Shown: in pieces, positions 1 through 15,508 of the stretch | Layout: each line of letters begins with the position of its first letter | Numbering within the stretch: position 1 is the first letter of the stretch | Assembly: GCA_963745025.1 (NCBI GenBank) | Contig: CAVUWD010000011.1 | Coordinates: forward strand, 64,001-128,000 | Reading direction: 5' to 3' | DNA: 64,000 bases | Origin: an uncultured delta proteobacterium | GTDB lineage: Bacteria > Desulfobacterota > Binatia > JACPRU01 | Translations under genes and position numbers: made by a program | The notes under the pieces: generated by a model | Seen by the model: the letters and a program-made list of their open reading frames with translations, nothing else | Database searches by the model: none | What the model was told of the DNA's origin: nothing

Positions 1-1419
<1,419 letters not shown>

Positions 1420-1422
1420 TCC

Positions 1423-1929
1423 ATGTCCCGGGTGTTCGTCGCCAAGCTCGACGATCGAGAGTTTGTAGTCGAGGTCGAGCCCGCGGGATCGTCGCTCTAT
1501 CGGATCCGCATCGACGGCTCGGAGCAATTCGTCGATGCCCGCGTGGTCGCGGGCGGGCTCTCGCTCTTGATCGAGGGCAAGAACCACGAAGTCAGCTTGA
1601 CCCGATCCGCCGACGATTTCGACGTGCTGCTCGAGAACCGGCGCTTCCGTTTCCGCCTTCTCACCGAGGAGCGCGCCCGGCGGGCGTCCGCCCGTGGCGG
1701 CCGCGAGACGAGCGGCCGGCGCGAGGTCAAAGCGTCCATGCCCGGGAAGGTCATCGACGTGCTCGTGAGCGTCGGCGAACGCGTCGAGCCGAAGCAGGGC
1801 CTGCTCGTGATCGAAGCGATGAAGATGGAGAACGAGATCAAGAGCTCGGGTGCGGGCGAGGTGAAGGAGATCCACGTCGAGCGAGGCCAGGCCGTCGAGT
1901 CCGGAGAAGTCCTGCTGGTGTTGGAGTAG
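1423..1929 (+). CDS. Biotin carboxyl carrier protein (biotin/lipoyl domain)
   Basis: C-terminal ASMPGKV...IEAMKMENEI biotinylation motif; directly follows the biotin carboxylase. Confidence 0.92.
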   Translation: MSRVFVAKLDDREFVVEVEPAGSSLYRIRIDGSEQFVDARVVAGGLSLLIEGKNHEVSLTRSADDFDVLLENRRFRFRLLTEERARRASARGGRETSGRREVKASMPGKVIDVLVSVGERVEPKQGLLVIEAMKMENEIKSSGAGEVKEIHVERGQAVESGEVLLVLE

Positions 1930-1941
1930 CAGACCACTCTC

Positions 1942-3733
1942 ATGACGACCGAGCTGGAAGTTGGCCTCTACATCTTCATCCTCGCGGGATTTCTCGGCTA
2001 CCACATCATCACGCGGGTCCCGCCCCTGCTGCATACGCCGCTCATGTCGGCGACCAACGCGATCTCGGGGATCTCCCTGATCGGCTCACTCGTCGTCACC
2101 GGGGCCGACTACAGCCGGCTCAGCACGATTCTCGGGACGATCGCAGTCGCCTGCTCCTCGACCAACGTGGTCGGCGGCTTCCTGATCACCGACCGCATGC
2201 TCAAGATGTTCAAGAAAGCTGGCGAGGAGGGCGAGATCGAGCGGCGGCGGGAGCGCGTGATGCTTCTGGTCTTCGGCGTGCTGGTCGTTGCGGTCATCGC
2301 CTTCCTCTACGCCTTCAGTAGGGCGAGCGGCGAAGCCGCGGCGCGGAGCGCGCTCGCGGAACACGCGCTGCGCTACTTCTACATCTTCTCCGCATTCCTC
2401 TTCATCCTCGGCCTGAAGGGACTCTCCTCACCCCGCTACGCACGCCGCGGCATGTTCCTCGCCGAGTTCGGCATGGTGCTGGCAGTCGCCGGCACGCTCT
2501 TCCATCCCGAGATCAAGAGCTACGGCTGGATCGTCGTCGGCACGGTGGTCGGGGTCCGTGGTCGGCGGTGCAATGGGTTTGCAGATCCCGATGACCGCCG
2601 TTCCGCAGCGTACCGCGCTCTCGCACTCGCTCGGCGCGCTCGCCGCTACGCTGATCGGCGTGGCCGAATTCATGCGGCACGGCGCCGGCATCGACACCGT
2701 CAAGATGACCGCGATCGGCCTCGAGGTGATGATCGGCGGTCTCACGTTCACGGGGAGCTTGATGGCCGCCGCCAAGCTGCAGGAGCTGCTCCCCGGCACG
2801 CCGATCACCTACCGCGGCCAGAACGTCTCCAACATCTCGCTGCTCGGGATCATGCTCGCGAGCTGGATCACGCTGATCTTCGTTCCCTCGGTGACCCCGC
2901 TCTTCTTCGTCATGGTCGGTCTCGCGCTGTTATTCGGCTTCCTGCTCGTCGTGCCGATCGGCGCCGCCGACATGCCGGTCGTCATCGCGCTGCTCAACTC
3001 CTACGCCGGACTCGCCGACGCCTCGATGGGCTTCGTGCTGATGAACAAGATCCAGATCATCACCGGCTCGCTCGACGGCACCTCGGGATTCCTGCTTTCG
3101 CTCCTCATGTGCCGAGCGATGAATCGCTCGGCGACGAACGTGCTGTTCGGAGCGTTCGGCAAGATCGAAGCCGAGGCGGAGGGACCCGCAGCGGAGGCCA
3201 AGGGGACCGTGCGCTCGATCGTCCCGGACGAGGTGCCGGGCCTTCTCGACGGCGCCCATTCGGTGGTCATCGTGCCCGGCTACGGCATGGCCGTGGCGCA
3301 GGCGCAGCAAGGCGTCGCCGAGTTCGCGCGGCTCCTCGGCAGGCGCGGGATCGACGTGAAGTACGCGATCCATCCCGTCGCAGGCCGCATGCCGGGACAC
3401 ATGAACGTGCTGCTCGCCGAGGCGGACGTGCCCTACGATCAGCTCTGGGAGATGGAGCAGATCAATCCCTATTTCCCCGAGGTCGATCTCGCGCTCGTGG
3501 TCGGCGCCAACGACGTCACCAACCCGGCGGCGAAGAGCAACAAGTCGAGCCCGCTCTACGGCATGCCGATTCTGGAGGTCGATCGCGCCAAGGCGATCAT
3601 CGTGCTGAAGCGCAGCATGCGGCCCGGTTTCGCCGGCGTCGACAACGAGCTCTACTACAACGAGAAGTGCATGATGCTCTTCGGTGACGCCAAGGAGAGT
3701 TTGACCAAGCTTTTCCTGGCGTTTAAGTCGTAA
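1942..3733 (+). CDS. pntB: Fused NAD(P) transhydrogenase alpha-2 + beta subunit, with one apparent frameshift at 2551-2554
   Basis: The N-terminal frame has the PntA2 motifs VPPLLHTPLMSATNAISG and NVVGGFLITDRML, then runs into the PntB start (LFILGLKGLSSP). The second frame (2558-3733) has GADMPVVIALLNSYAG, VPGYGMAVAQAQ, HPVAGRMPGHMNVLLAEA. Removing one G from GGGG at 2551-2554 joins them. Confidence 0.88.
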
Positions 3734-3901
3734 TGAGGCAGCGGTGCGCAGGGGAGCTGGCGGGTTAACAGCGCGCTGCCCGGACCGTGACCTCCCGCGC
3801 CCGCAGCTCATTCGCCCTGGTGCAAATGGAGCCGTCTTGCGGCGGCTCATCCGCTCGACGTGAGGCACGGCTCCGATCGTGCGATCATCTCAAGAGGTGA
3901 C

Positions 3902-4798
3902 ATGGCACGTAGAGGCAAGAACGCCCGCACGGTGACCCTCGGTCTCGTGCAGATGCGCTGCGGCGACAAGCCGGCGGACAATCTGGACAGGGCGATCGAG
4001 CGTATCCGGCGTGCGGCGCGCGACGGCGCCGACGTCGTCTGTCTGCAAGAGCTCTTTCGCTCGCGTTACTTCTGCCAGAAGGAAGACGTCGCGCTCTTCC
4101 GGCTCGCAGAGACGATCCCCGGGCCGACCACTCGCGCGCTCGCGAAGCTCGCCCGCGAGAAACGGATCGTCGTCGTCGCGTCGCTTTTCGAGAAGCGGGC
4201 CGACGGGGTCTATCACAACACCGCCGTCGTCCTCGACGCCGACGGCACGATCGTCGGCAAGTATCGCAAGATGCATATCCCCGATGATCCCCTCTATTAC
4301 GAGAAGTTCTACTTCACGCCGGGCGATCTCGGTTTCCGAAGCTTCGCCACCCGGCGCGCGAAGATCGGCACGCTCGTCTGCTGGGACCAGTGGTTTCCGG
4401 AGGGCGCGCGCCTCACCGCGCTTGCGGGCGCCGAGATCCTCTTCTATCCGACGGCGATCGGCTGGCTCGACGGCGCGACGCCGGAAGTCAACGAGTCGCA
4501 GCGCGACGCTTGGGAAACGTCGCAGCGTGCGCACGCGATCGCCAACGGCGTGTTCGTCGCGGCCGTGAATCGCGTCGGCGAGGAAGGAAACCTGACCTTC
4601 TGGGGGAATTCCTTCGTCGCCGATCCCTTTGGCCGCGTGCTCGCCCGCGCCTCGAGCGAGCGCGAAGAGACGCTGATCGTCCCGTGCGACCTCGACCGAA
4701 TCGACGAGGTGAGGACGAACTGGCCGTTCCTTCGCGACCGACGGATCGACGCGTACGGCCCTATCACCCGGCGGTTGCTCGATGAACCATCGGAATAG
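3902..4798 (+). CDS. aguB: Carbon-nitrogen hydrolase, probable N-carbamoylputrescine amidase
   Basis: Nitrilase triad motifs CLQELF, YRKMHIPDDP.YYEKFYF, VCWDQWFPE; adjacent to agmatine deiminase; SD GAGGTG before ATG 3902. Confidence 0.85.
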   Translation: MARRGKNARTVTLGLVQMRCGDKPADNLDRAIERIRRAARDGADVVCLQELFRSRYFCQKEDVALFRLAETIPGPTTRALAKLAREKRIVVVASLFEKRADGVYHNTAVVLDADGTIVGKYRKMHIPDDPLYYEKFYFTPGDLGFRSFATRRAKIGTLVCWDQWFPEGARLTALAGAEILFYPTAIGWLDGATPEVNESQRDAWETSQRAHAIANGVFVAAVNRVGEEGNLTFWGNSFVADPFGRVLARASSEREETLIVPCDLDRIDEVRTNWPFLRDRRIDAYGPITRRLLDEPSE

Positions 4799-4808
4799 AG
4801 CCCATGTA

Positions 4809-4965
4809 GTAGGGCCCCGGTCTTCGCCGAGAACGCGCCGCCAAGACAGAAGACGCGGCTGGCTGCCGTCGATCCGTACTCGGGTCGACGGCAGCCAGCC
4901 GCAACCGCGCGGAGCGCGGAAGGGAATCGCCCTGCGGATTCGTTCATCGCTTCCGCACTCTGCGC
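4809..4965. mobile_element. MITE-like hairpin element, copy A (right end degenerate)
   Basis: Left TIR GTAGGGCCCCGGTCTT (4809-4824). 48-nt hairpin 4855-4902 with core TCCGTACTCGGG. Mini-hairpin CCGCGC-GGA-GCGCGG at 4905-4919. Confidence 0.75.
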
Positions 4966-4981
4966 GCCGGCTGCTCGACGA

Positions 4982-6019
4982 ATGATCCGAGACACCCCGC
5001 GCGCCCTCGGCTACCGCATGCCCGCCGAGTGGGAGCCACACGCTGCGACGTGGCTCTCCTGGCCCCACAACGTCGACAGTTGGCCCGGAAAGTTCGAGCC
5101 CGTGCCGGACATCTTCGCCCAGATCGTCGCCACGCTCCACGAGCACGAGGCGGTCCACATCCTCGCCGGCAGCGCCGATCTCGAGGACTCGGCACGCCGG
5201 GCGCTCCGCGCGCGCGGCTGCGAAGCGCCGAACGTGCGCTTCTTCCGGATCCCCACGAACGACGCCTGGATGCGCGACCACGGGCCGATCTTCGTCGTCC
5301 ATCCCGAGCGCGGGCTGGCGCTCACGAAGTGGAAGTACAACGCCTGGGGCGGCAAGTATCCGCCCTACGATCTCGACGACCAGGTGCCGGCGCGGATCAA
5401 CGAAGATCTTCGCTTGCCGGTCTTCGAGCCCGGCATCGTCCTCGAAGGAGGATCGATCGACGTGAACGGTCGCGGGACGTTGCTGACGACCGAATCGTGT
5501 CTCTTGAATCCGAATCGCAATCCGGGGCTCGCCCGGCTCGAGATCGAAGAACGCCTGCGCGCCTATCTCGGCGTGGAGAACGTGCTCTGGCTCGGCGACG
5601 GGATTGTCGGCGACGACACCGACGGGCACATCGACGACCTCAGCCGATTCGTCGATCCGACCACCGTCGTCACTGCCGTCGAGGACGATCCCGCCGACGA
5701 GAACTACCGCGCGCTGCAGGCGAACCACGATCGGTTGCGAGCGATGAAGGATCAGAGTGGGCGGCGGCTCGACGTCGTCACGCTGCCGATGCCGCCCGCG
5801 ATCTACTACGACGGCCGCCGCCTTCCAGCGAGCTACGCGAACTTCTACATCGGCAACGGCGCCGTGCTGGTACCGGTCTTCGGCCACCCCCGCGACAATG
5901 TCGCCTGCGATACGCTCGCACGCCTCTTTCCTGGGCGTCGAATCGCGCGGATCCCGTCGACCGATCTCGTCTGGGGGCTCGGCGCGATCCATTGCGTGAC
6001 CCAGCAGCAGCCCCGCTAA
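4982..6019 (+). CDS. aguA: Agmatine deiminase
   Basis: RMPAEWEPH, NDAWMRDHGP, LEGGSIDVNG, DDTDGHID, ASYANFY, GAIHCVTQQQP. Confidence 0.93.
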   Translation: MIRDTPRALGYRMPAEWEPHAATWLSWPHNVDSWPGKFEPVPDIFAQIVATLHEHEAVHILAGSADLEDSARRALRARGCEAPNVRFFRIPTNDAWMRDHGPIFVVHPERGLALTKWKYNAWGGKYPPYDLDDQVPARINEDLRLPVFEPGIVLEGGSIDVNGRGTLLTTESCLLNPNRNPGLARLEIEERLRAYLGVENVLWLGDGIVGDDTDGHIDDLSRFVDPTTVVTAVEDDPADENYRALQANHDRLRAMKDQSGRRLDVVTLPMPPAIYYDGRRLPASYANFYIGNGAVLVPVFGHPRDNVACDTLARLFPGRRIARIPSTDLVWGLGAIHCVTQQQPR

Positions 6020-6093
6020 GGGCAAGCTCGACTTTCGGGATCCGACCGCCGCGACCGGCTCGACGTTCTGTAGCGACCGAATCGATCGTCGGA

Positions 6094-6122
6094 TTGACTG
6101 AGTGCCTGCGGAATCCTACCTT
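6094..6122 (+). promoter_or_regulatory. sigma70-type promoter for the mutase (probably leaderless or very short leader)
   Basis: TTGACT-N17-TACCTT, 9 nt upstream of ATG 6132, with no SD. Confidence 0.55.
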
Positions 6123-6131
6123 CGGCCGGTC

Positions 6132-7802
6132 ATGGCGGATGCCAAGGAGATCGACGAGGCGCGGCACGCCTGGGAAGAGCGGGCGGTCATCAAGACGCTC
6201 AAGAAATCTCCCGAGCGCCGGGAGAAATTCGAGACCAGCTCCGGCGTCGAGGTGAAACGGCTCTACACGCCGTCCGACACCGCGAGTCACGATTACCTCC
6301 GCGACGCCGGCTTTCCCGGCGACTATCCCTTCACCCGCGGCGTGCAGCCGACGATGTACCGCGGCCGATTCTGGACGATGCGGCAATACGCGGGCTTCGG
6401 CACGGCGGAGGAATCCAACCGCCGCTATCGCTATCTTCTCTCGCACGGCACGACCGGTCTCTCGGTCGCGTTCGACCTGCCGACGCAGATGGGTCTCGAC
6501 TCGGACCACCCGCGCGCCGTGGGCGAGGTGGGCCGCGTCGGCGTCGCCATCGACTCGCTCGACGACATGGAGACGCTGCTTCGCGGCATCCCGCTCGACA
6601 AGGTTTCCACCTCGATGACGATCAACGCGACCGCGTCGATCCTGCTCGCGCTCTACCTGGCGGTCGCCGAGAAGCAAGGCGTGCCCTGGGAAAAGGTCAA
6701 CGGCACGGTCCAGAACGACGTGCTCAAGGAATACATCGCCCGCGGCACCTACATCTATCCGCCAGCGCCGTCGATGCGCATCATCACCGACATTTTCCGC
6801 TTCTGCACCGAGCGGGTGCCCAACTGGAACACGATCTCGATCTCGGGCTACCACATCCGCGAGGCAGGCTCGACGGCGGTTCAGGAAGTCGCGTTCACGC
6901 TCGCCAACGGCATCGCCTACGTCGAGGCGGCGCTCGGTGCCGGTCAGAGCGTCGACGATTTCGCACCGCGTCTCGCGTTCTTCTTCAACGTCCACAACAA
7001 TTTCTTCGAGGAGATCGCCAAGTTCCGTGCGGTGCGTCGGCTCTGGGCGAAGATCATGCGCGAGCGCTTCGGCGCCAAGGAGCCGAAGAGCTGGATGCTC
7101 CGCTTCCACTCGCAGACCGCGGGTTCGACCTTGACCGCGCAGCAACCCGACAACAACGTGGTTCGCGTGACGGTGCAGGCGCTCGCCGCCGTGCTCGGTG
7201 GCACGCAGAGCCTGCACACGAATTCCCGTGACGAGGCGCTCGCGCTGCCGAGCGAGGCGGCGGCCAAGCTCGCGCTGCGAACCCAGCAGATCGTGGCCTG
7301 CGAGTCCGGTGCGGCCGACACCATCGATCCCATGGCCGGCAGCTACTACGTCGAGTCGCTGACCGACGAGATCCAGGGCCGCGCCGAGGAATACCTCGGA
7401 CGGATCGACAAGATGGGCGGCGCCGTGCGGGCGATCGAGGCAGGCTTCCAGGCGCGCGAGATTCAGAACGCGGCCTACCGCTTCCAACAGGACATCGAGA
7501 AGAAAAGGGAGATCGTCGTCGGCGTCAACGACTTCGTCGAAGACAAGGAGTTGCCGACCGAGATTCTACGGATCGATCCGAAGCTCGAAGAGGAGCAGAA
7601 GGTGCGGGTTCGGGCCGTGCGGGCCCGTCGCGACGCGACGCGCGCCGCGCAGGCGATGGAGGCGCTCGATCAAGCGGCCGCGGGCCGCGACAACCTGATG
7701 CCCGCGATCATCGAGGCCGTGCGGAGCTACGTCACGCTCGGCGAGATCTCCGACGTGCTCCGGCGCCGTTTCGACGAATACCGTCCGCAGATCGCAGTCT
7801 GA
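6132..7802 (+). CDS. Methylmalonyl-CoA mutase, large (substrate-binding) subunit
   Basis: [63 protein letters not shown]. No B12-binding DxHxxG domain, so it is the split type. Confidence 0.92.
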   Translation: MADAKEIDEARHAWEERAVIKTLKKSPERREKFETSSGVEVKRLYTPSDTASHDYLRDAGFPGDYPFTRGVQPTMYRGRFWTMRQYAGFGTAEESNRRYRYLLSHGTTGLSVAFDLPTQMGLDSDHPRAVGEVGRVGVAIDSLDDMETLLRGIPLDKVSTSMTINATASILLALYLAVAEKQGVPWEKVNGTVQNDVLKEYIARGTYIYPPAPSMRIITDIFRFCTERVPNWNTISISGYHIREAGSTAVQEVAFTLANGIAYVEAALGAGQSVDDFAPRLAFFFNVHNNFFEEIAKFRAVRRLWAKIMRERFGAKEPKSWMLRFHSQTAGSTLTAQQPDNNVVRVTVQALAAVLGGTQSLHTNSRDEALALPSEAAAKLALRTQQIVACESGAADTIDPMAGSYYVESLTDEIQGRAEEYLGRIDKMGGAVRAIEAGFQAREIQNAAYRFQQDIEKKREIVVGVNDFVEDKELPTEILRIDPKLEEEQKVRVRAVRARRDATRAAQAMEALDQAAAGRDNLMPAIIEAVRSYVTLGEISDVLRRRFDEYRPQIAV

Positions 7803-7805
7803 AGA

Positions 7806-7860
7806 GCGGCTACCGGCTTCCGGCAAAGACATCGCGCACTCTATTGCGGTAGCCGGCAGC
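7806..7860. repeat. Heptamer-armed inverted repeat (GCTACCG family)
   Basis: GCTACCG-GCTTCCG ... CGGTAGC-CGGCAGC just after the mutase stop; near-identical to 33623-33676. Confidence 0.6.
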
Positions 7861-8028
7861 TGCATCGGCCGGAGACGGTTCGCGACCAACGGGAGCGATC
7901 CGCAATGCAGCCTCCTCGCGCGGGAGACGCTTCCGCTCGCCTCACAAGTGAAGCGGGTGTCAAGCATCTGCGAAAGTTTGCGCTTCCCGTTTACAGCCGA
8001 GCCACGACGCGCTATCGAGACCAGATCG

Positions 8029-10140
<2,112 letters not shown>

Positions 10141-10147
10141 CGCTCCG

Positions 10148-10402
10148 GCGACGACTCAGGCTTGGCCACACGCGCTGGAAATTCCTGAAGCCGCTGGATC
10201 TTCCGGTCGGCCCGTGCTCGGGTCGACCGGAAGATCCAGCCACCGCGCGCAAGCGCGGAGAGCAATAGACCATCTCGTGGGTTATTAGCTTCCGCGCTCC
10301 GCGCGGTTGCGGTCGGTTGTGATCGGCCCGTACTCGGGTCGATCACAACCGACCGCGCTCTTCGTCGTTCCGAAGCATTCGAGGCGAAGACTGAGGCGTC
10401 AC
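10148..10402. mobile_element. MITE-like hairpin element, copy B (full length, 255 bp)
   Basis: TIRs GCGACGACTCAGGCTT / AAGACTGAGGCGTCAC. Two 48-nt hairpins (10193-10240, 10309-10356) and two inward-facing mini-hairpins. TSD is decayed. Confidence 0.85.
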
Positions 10403-10435
10403 GCGGCGCGAAATTTTCTCCGCGAAATTTTATTC

Positions 10436-10464
10436 TTGACTCCTCCGTTGACGAGTCCTAAAGT
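10436..10464 (+). promoter_or_regulatory. Strong sigma70-type promoter with AT-rich upstream element
   Basis: TTGACT-N17-TAAAGT, preceded by a tandem CGCGAAATTTT repeat. Confidence 0.7.
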
Positions 10465-10470
10465 GACCAC

Positions 10471-10575
10471 GGTGCTCGATCGGTAGTGAGCACCGAGATC
10501 GGCGACTCTCTGGGGTCGCCCGGGGCTGCTGAAGGAAGAAAAGGATCCGTTCTTCTCTCAGCGGCCTTCGTTTTT
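10471..10575 (+). ncRNA. Candidate small RNA with three stem-loops and a U-tract end
   Basis: Starts about 7 nt after the -10 box. Stems GGTGCTC/GAGCACC, GGCGAC/GTCGCC and GGGGCTGCTGA..TCAGCGGCCTT, followed by CGTTTTT. Family not recognised. Confidence 0.55.
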
Positions 10576-10599
10576 CCCGTGTCTCGCTGCTTGCTATAG

Positions 10600-12633
<2,034 letters not shown>

Positions 12634-12718
12634 GCAAGGAGGCTACGTTACAGGTCGCTCCCGTTGGCCGCGATCCCGGCCGGTCGCACAGACTGCCGAG
12701 CGAGCAAAGGAGGTTCCC

Positions 12719-13945
12719 GTGGAGGCATCGAGCTCCGAGACCCGTATCTTCTCTGGCATCCGCGTGCTGGATTTCACCCAGTATCTCGCCGGGCCGACGG
12801 TCACGCGCTTCATGGCCGAGCTCGGCGCCACGGTCATCAAGGTCGAGAGCGCGCCCGGAGGCGATCCGTCCCGGCAGCTCCCCTTCATTCGCGACGGACG
12901 CAGCGCCTACTTCGTCCAGCAAAACCGCGGCAAGCGGAGCCTGTGCGTCGATCTCTCGAAGGAGGAGGGCGTCGCGCTCGTGCGCGAGCTGGCAGGGAAG
13001 GTCGACGTCGTGGTCGAGAACTTCGGCCCCGGCGTTCTCGACAAGCGGGGCCTCGGCTCGGCGGATCTGTGCTCGAGCCATCCCGGGCTGATCATGGCAT
13101 CGATCTCCGCCTTCGGGCGCACCGGGCCACTCGCTGGCAAGGTCGGCTTCGACCTCATGGCGCAGGCGTTCTCCGGCATCTGTCACATGACGGGCGACCC
13201 GGCAGGACCGCCGCAGTTCGTTCACGCGGGCATCGCCGACGTCGTGGCCGGCGTGCACGCGTTCGGCGCGATCGCGGCCGCGCTCTTCCATCGCAGCCGT
13301 ACCGGCCGCGGCCAGGCCATCGACATCGCGCTCGTGGACTCGCTCTATCACGCACACGAGCTGAACGTTCAGGCGTTCGCCAACAGCGGCGGCGCCTACG
13401 TGCCGATCCGCGGCGGCTCACAGCATCCGCTGACGGGCCCCTACGGCATCTATCGCGCTCCGCAGGGCTGGATCGCGCTCCTGGTGCTCGACCGGCAGTG
13501 GCCGGGGATGGTAGCGGCGCTCGATCGCCCCGATCTGCTCGCGGACCCTCGGTTCGCGACCGGGCCGGCGCGCGGACAGAACCGCGCCGAGCTGACCCGG
13601 ATCGTCGAGGAATGGATGGGCACCTTCGCGAGCGATGCCGCCGTGCTCGAGAGGCTCGAGCGTCACCGCGTGCCGGCGGCTCCCGTGCTCTCTGTCGCCG
13701 ACACCGTGAGCCATCCGTATTTTCAAGCACGCGAAATGATCCGACGCGTGCCGGATCCGATTCTCGGCGAGGTGACGATTCCAGGATTTCCGCTCAAGTT
13801 CTCCGAGTTTCCCGAACTGCCCGCTCTCCAGGCGCCGCTCCTCGGCGAGCACAACGCGGAGGTGCTTCGCGAGCAGCTCGGCTTCGATGACGCCCGCGTG
13901 CGCGATCTGACCGAGCGCGGGGTGTTGCACTCGAATCGGAGGTGA
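12719..13945 (+). CDS. CaiB/BaiF family (class III) CoA transferase
   Basis: GIRVLDFTQYLAGP, ELGATVIKVE, NRGKRS, DVVVENFGPG, APLLGEHN. Confidence 0.9.
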   Translation: MEASSSETRIFSGIRVLDFTQYLAGPTVTRFMAELGATVIKVESAPGGDPSRQLPFIRDGRSAYFVQQNRGKRSLCVDLSKEEGVALVRELAGKVDVVVENFGPGVLDKRGLGSADLCSSHPGLIMASISAFGRTGPLAGKVGFDLMAQAFSGICHMTGDPAGPPQFVHAGIADVVAGVHAFGAIAAALFHRSRTGRGQAIDIALVDSLYHAHELNVQAFANSGGAYVPIRGGSQHPLTGPYGIYRAPQGWIALLVLDRQWPGMVAALDRPDLLADPRFATGPARGQNRAELTRIVEEWMGTFASDAAVLERLERHRVPAAPVLSVADTVSHPYFQAREMIRRVPDPILGEVTIPGFPLKFSEFPELPALQAPLLGEHNAEVLREQLGFDDARVRDLTERGVLHSNRR

Positions 13946-13949
13946 CCGC

Positions 13950-14225
13950 GTGGGGGCAGTCCGCGTCGAGCTTCGCATCCAGGGACGCGTGCAAGGAGTT
14001 TTCTACCGCGCCTCCGCCCATCGGCAGGCGCGGGTGCTCGGTCTCTCCGGCTATGCGGAGAATCTCGACGACGGCTCCGTCGGTGTCGTCGCCGAGGGAG
14101 AGGAATCGGCGATCGAGAACTTCATCGCCTGGTGCCGCATCGGGCCGCCATCGGCGCGGGTGCGCCGCATCGACATCACGCGCACCCCGCCAACCGGCGA
14201 GTTCACCGACTTCGAGGTGCGCTAG
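13950..14225 (+). CDS. acyP: Acylphosphatase
   Basis: GRVQGVFYR, GYAENLDDGSV, GPPSARV. Confidence 0.9.
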   Translation: MGAVRVELRIQGRVQGVFYRASAHRQARVLGLSGYAENLDDGSVGVVAEGEESAIENFIAWCRIGPPSARVRRIDITRTPPTGEFTDFEVR

Positions 14226-14260
14226 ACGTCTCCCCCACCCCAGGTGTTTCGGGCCACACT

Positions 14261-14279
14261 CTCTCCCCAATGGGGAGAG
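14261..14279. repeat. CTCTCCCC/GGGGAGAG REP-like palindrome between convergent genes
   Basis: CTCTCCCCA-A-TGGGGAGAG perfect inverted repeat. Confidence 0.5.
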
Positions 14280-14294
14280 GCGCTCTGCTCCCCC

Positions 14295-14507
14295 TTACGG
14301 CGCCTTCGGCCGCTGTGGCGGGGCGTCGACGTCGGTGTCGGTGACGAACGGATTCAGGCCGCCGCCGAGACGCCCTCCGGGCGGCAAAGTGGGCCCGGGC
14401 GCGGTCGTCTGCCACCTCACGGCCGGCCCGCCGCCGTGAAAATAGTCGCGCTCGTAGATCCAGTAGACGCACCCCAGCAAAACCAGCAGAAGAATCCATC
14501 GAAGCAT
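14295..14507 (-). CDS. Small hypothetical membrane-anchored protein
   Basis: 70 aa; hydrophobic N-terminus MLRWILLLVLLGCVYW; begins 3 nt after the crotonase stop. Confidence 0.5.
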   Translation of the reverse strand: MLRWILLLVLLGCVYWIYERDYFHGGGPAVRWQTTAPGPTLPPGGRLGGGLNPFVTDTDVDAPPQRPKAP

Positions 14508-14510
14508 CGC

Positions 14511-15401
14511 TCAGACCCTCTTCTTCCCCGGCTTTCGCGACGGCGGCGCCTGACTATAGTCGGCGAACGGCGCGTCACGCCGTTTCACCGCGGCGCCGAC
14601 GCCTTCCGTCTTCGCCGTCTCGACGAAGGCACGCCCCTGCGGCGTGTTGCGCATGTAGCCGTCGAGAATCGGACCCAGGAGCTGGGTCGAGGCGAGGCCC
14701 ATGTTCTCGTAGGCTTGATTGACGACGAGCTTCATCGCGTGGAGCTGCGAGAGCGGGATCTCGGCCAACCGCTTCGCGAACGCCCGCACCTCGTCGTCGA
14801 GACGCTCGGCGGGGTACGCGAAGTTGATGAGCCCGAGGTCCGCGGCTTGCCTCCCGGAAAGCGGCTCGCCCGTGAGCGCATGAAGCTTCGCCCGCGTGAG
14901 TCCGAGCCGGTAGATCCACATGCCCGTCAGATAGCATCCCCAGACGCGCGAATACGGCGTACCGATCTCGGCATCTTCGGCGGCGATGACGACGTCGGCG
15001 CAGAGCGCCATGTCCGAAGCGCCGCCGACGCACCAGCCGTGGATCTGCGCGATCACCGGCTTCGGGCTCCGCCAGAGACTCATGAACTTCGGCACGGGCG
15101 CGACGAATGGGCTCGTCGACAGCTGCAGGTCTCGCCCAGGGTCCCAAGCCTCGTCCGCCGCCTGTCCGCCCCATCCCGCGAAGTGCTCCAGCCCTTCGGA
15201 GAAATCGAAGCCCGCGCAGAACGCCTCGCCGGCTCCGCGCAGCACGATCACGCGTACGTCACGGTCGGCGTTGGCGTTCTCCACCGCATGCTCGATCTCC
15301 TCGGGCATCGGCGGGCGGATGGCGTTGAACTTCTCGGGCCGGTTCAGCGTGATCGTCGCGATCCGGCCGTCCACCGCGTAGAGAATCGTCTCGTAGGCCA
15401 T
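14511..15401 (-). CDS. Crotonase/enoyl-CoA hydratase family protein
   Basis: IATITLNRPEKFNA, AFCAGFD, KPVIAQIHGWCVGG; SD GGAGG before ATG 15401. Confidence 0.9.
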   Translation of the reverse strand: MAYETILYAVDGRIATITLNRPEKFNAIRPPMPEEIEHAVENANADRDVRVIVLRGAGEAFCAGFDFSEGLEHFAGWGGQAADEAWDPGRDLQLSTSPFVAPVPKFMSLWRSPKPVIAQIHGWCVGGASDMALCADVVIAAEDAEIGTPYSRVWGCYLTGMWIYRLGLTRAKLHALTGEPLSGRQAADLGLINFAYPAERLDDEVRAFAKRLAEIPLSQLHAMKLVVNQAYENMGLASTQLLGPILDGYMRNTPQGRAFVETAKTEGVGAAVKRRDAPFADYSQAPPSRKPGKKRV

Positions 15402-15508
15402 GAGATCCTCCTTGCCGTCGACCGAAAGATAGAGCGGGCCTCCGTTGAAAGCGAGCGTGGCCATGGGTTAGGAGCCGAAGATCACGATCACGCGTGCGGG
15501 AGGCTCGC

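Noticed and set aside
2555-3687. C-terminal 380 aa of the 581-aa ORF 1942-3687
   Set aside because: This is out-of-frame read-through after the frameshift; the true PntB sequence is in the 2558-3733 frame.
3733-3860. Structured RNA between pntB and aguB
   Set aside because: Only imperfect GC-rich pairing expected by chance; no promoter or known motif.
3890-6025. 711-aa minus-strand ORF and the many other long antisense or alternate-frame ORFs (e.g. 18277-20820, 30287-32077, 51393-53204)
   Set aside because: They are shadows of real genes in high-GC DNA: Arg/Ala/Pro-rich with no motifs.
10471-10575. SRP (4.5S) RNA or tRNA
   Set aside because: It lacks the SRP helix-8 CAGG-GNRA-AGCA arrangement, and has no TTCG T-loop or cloverleaf.
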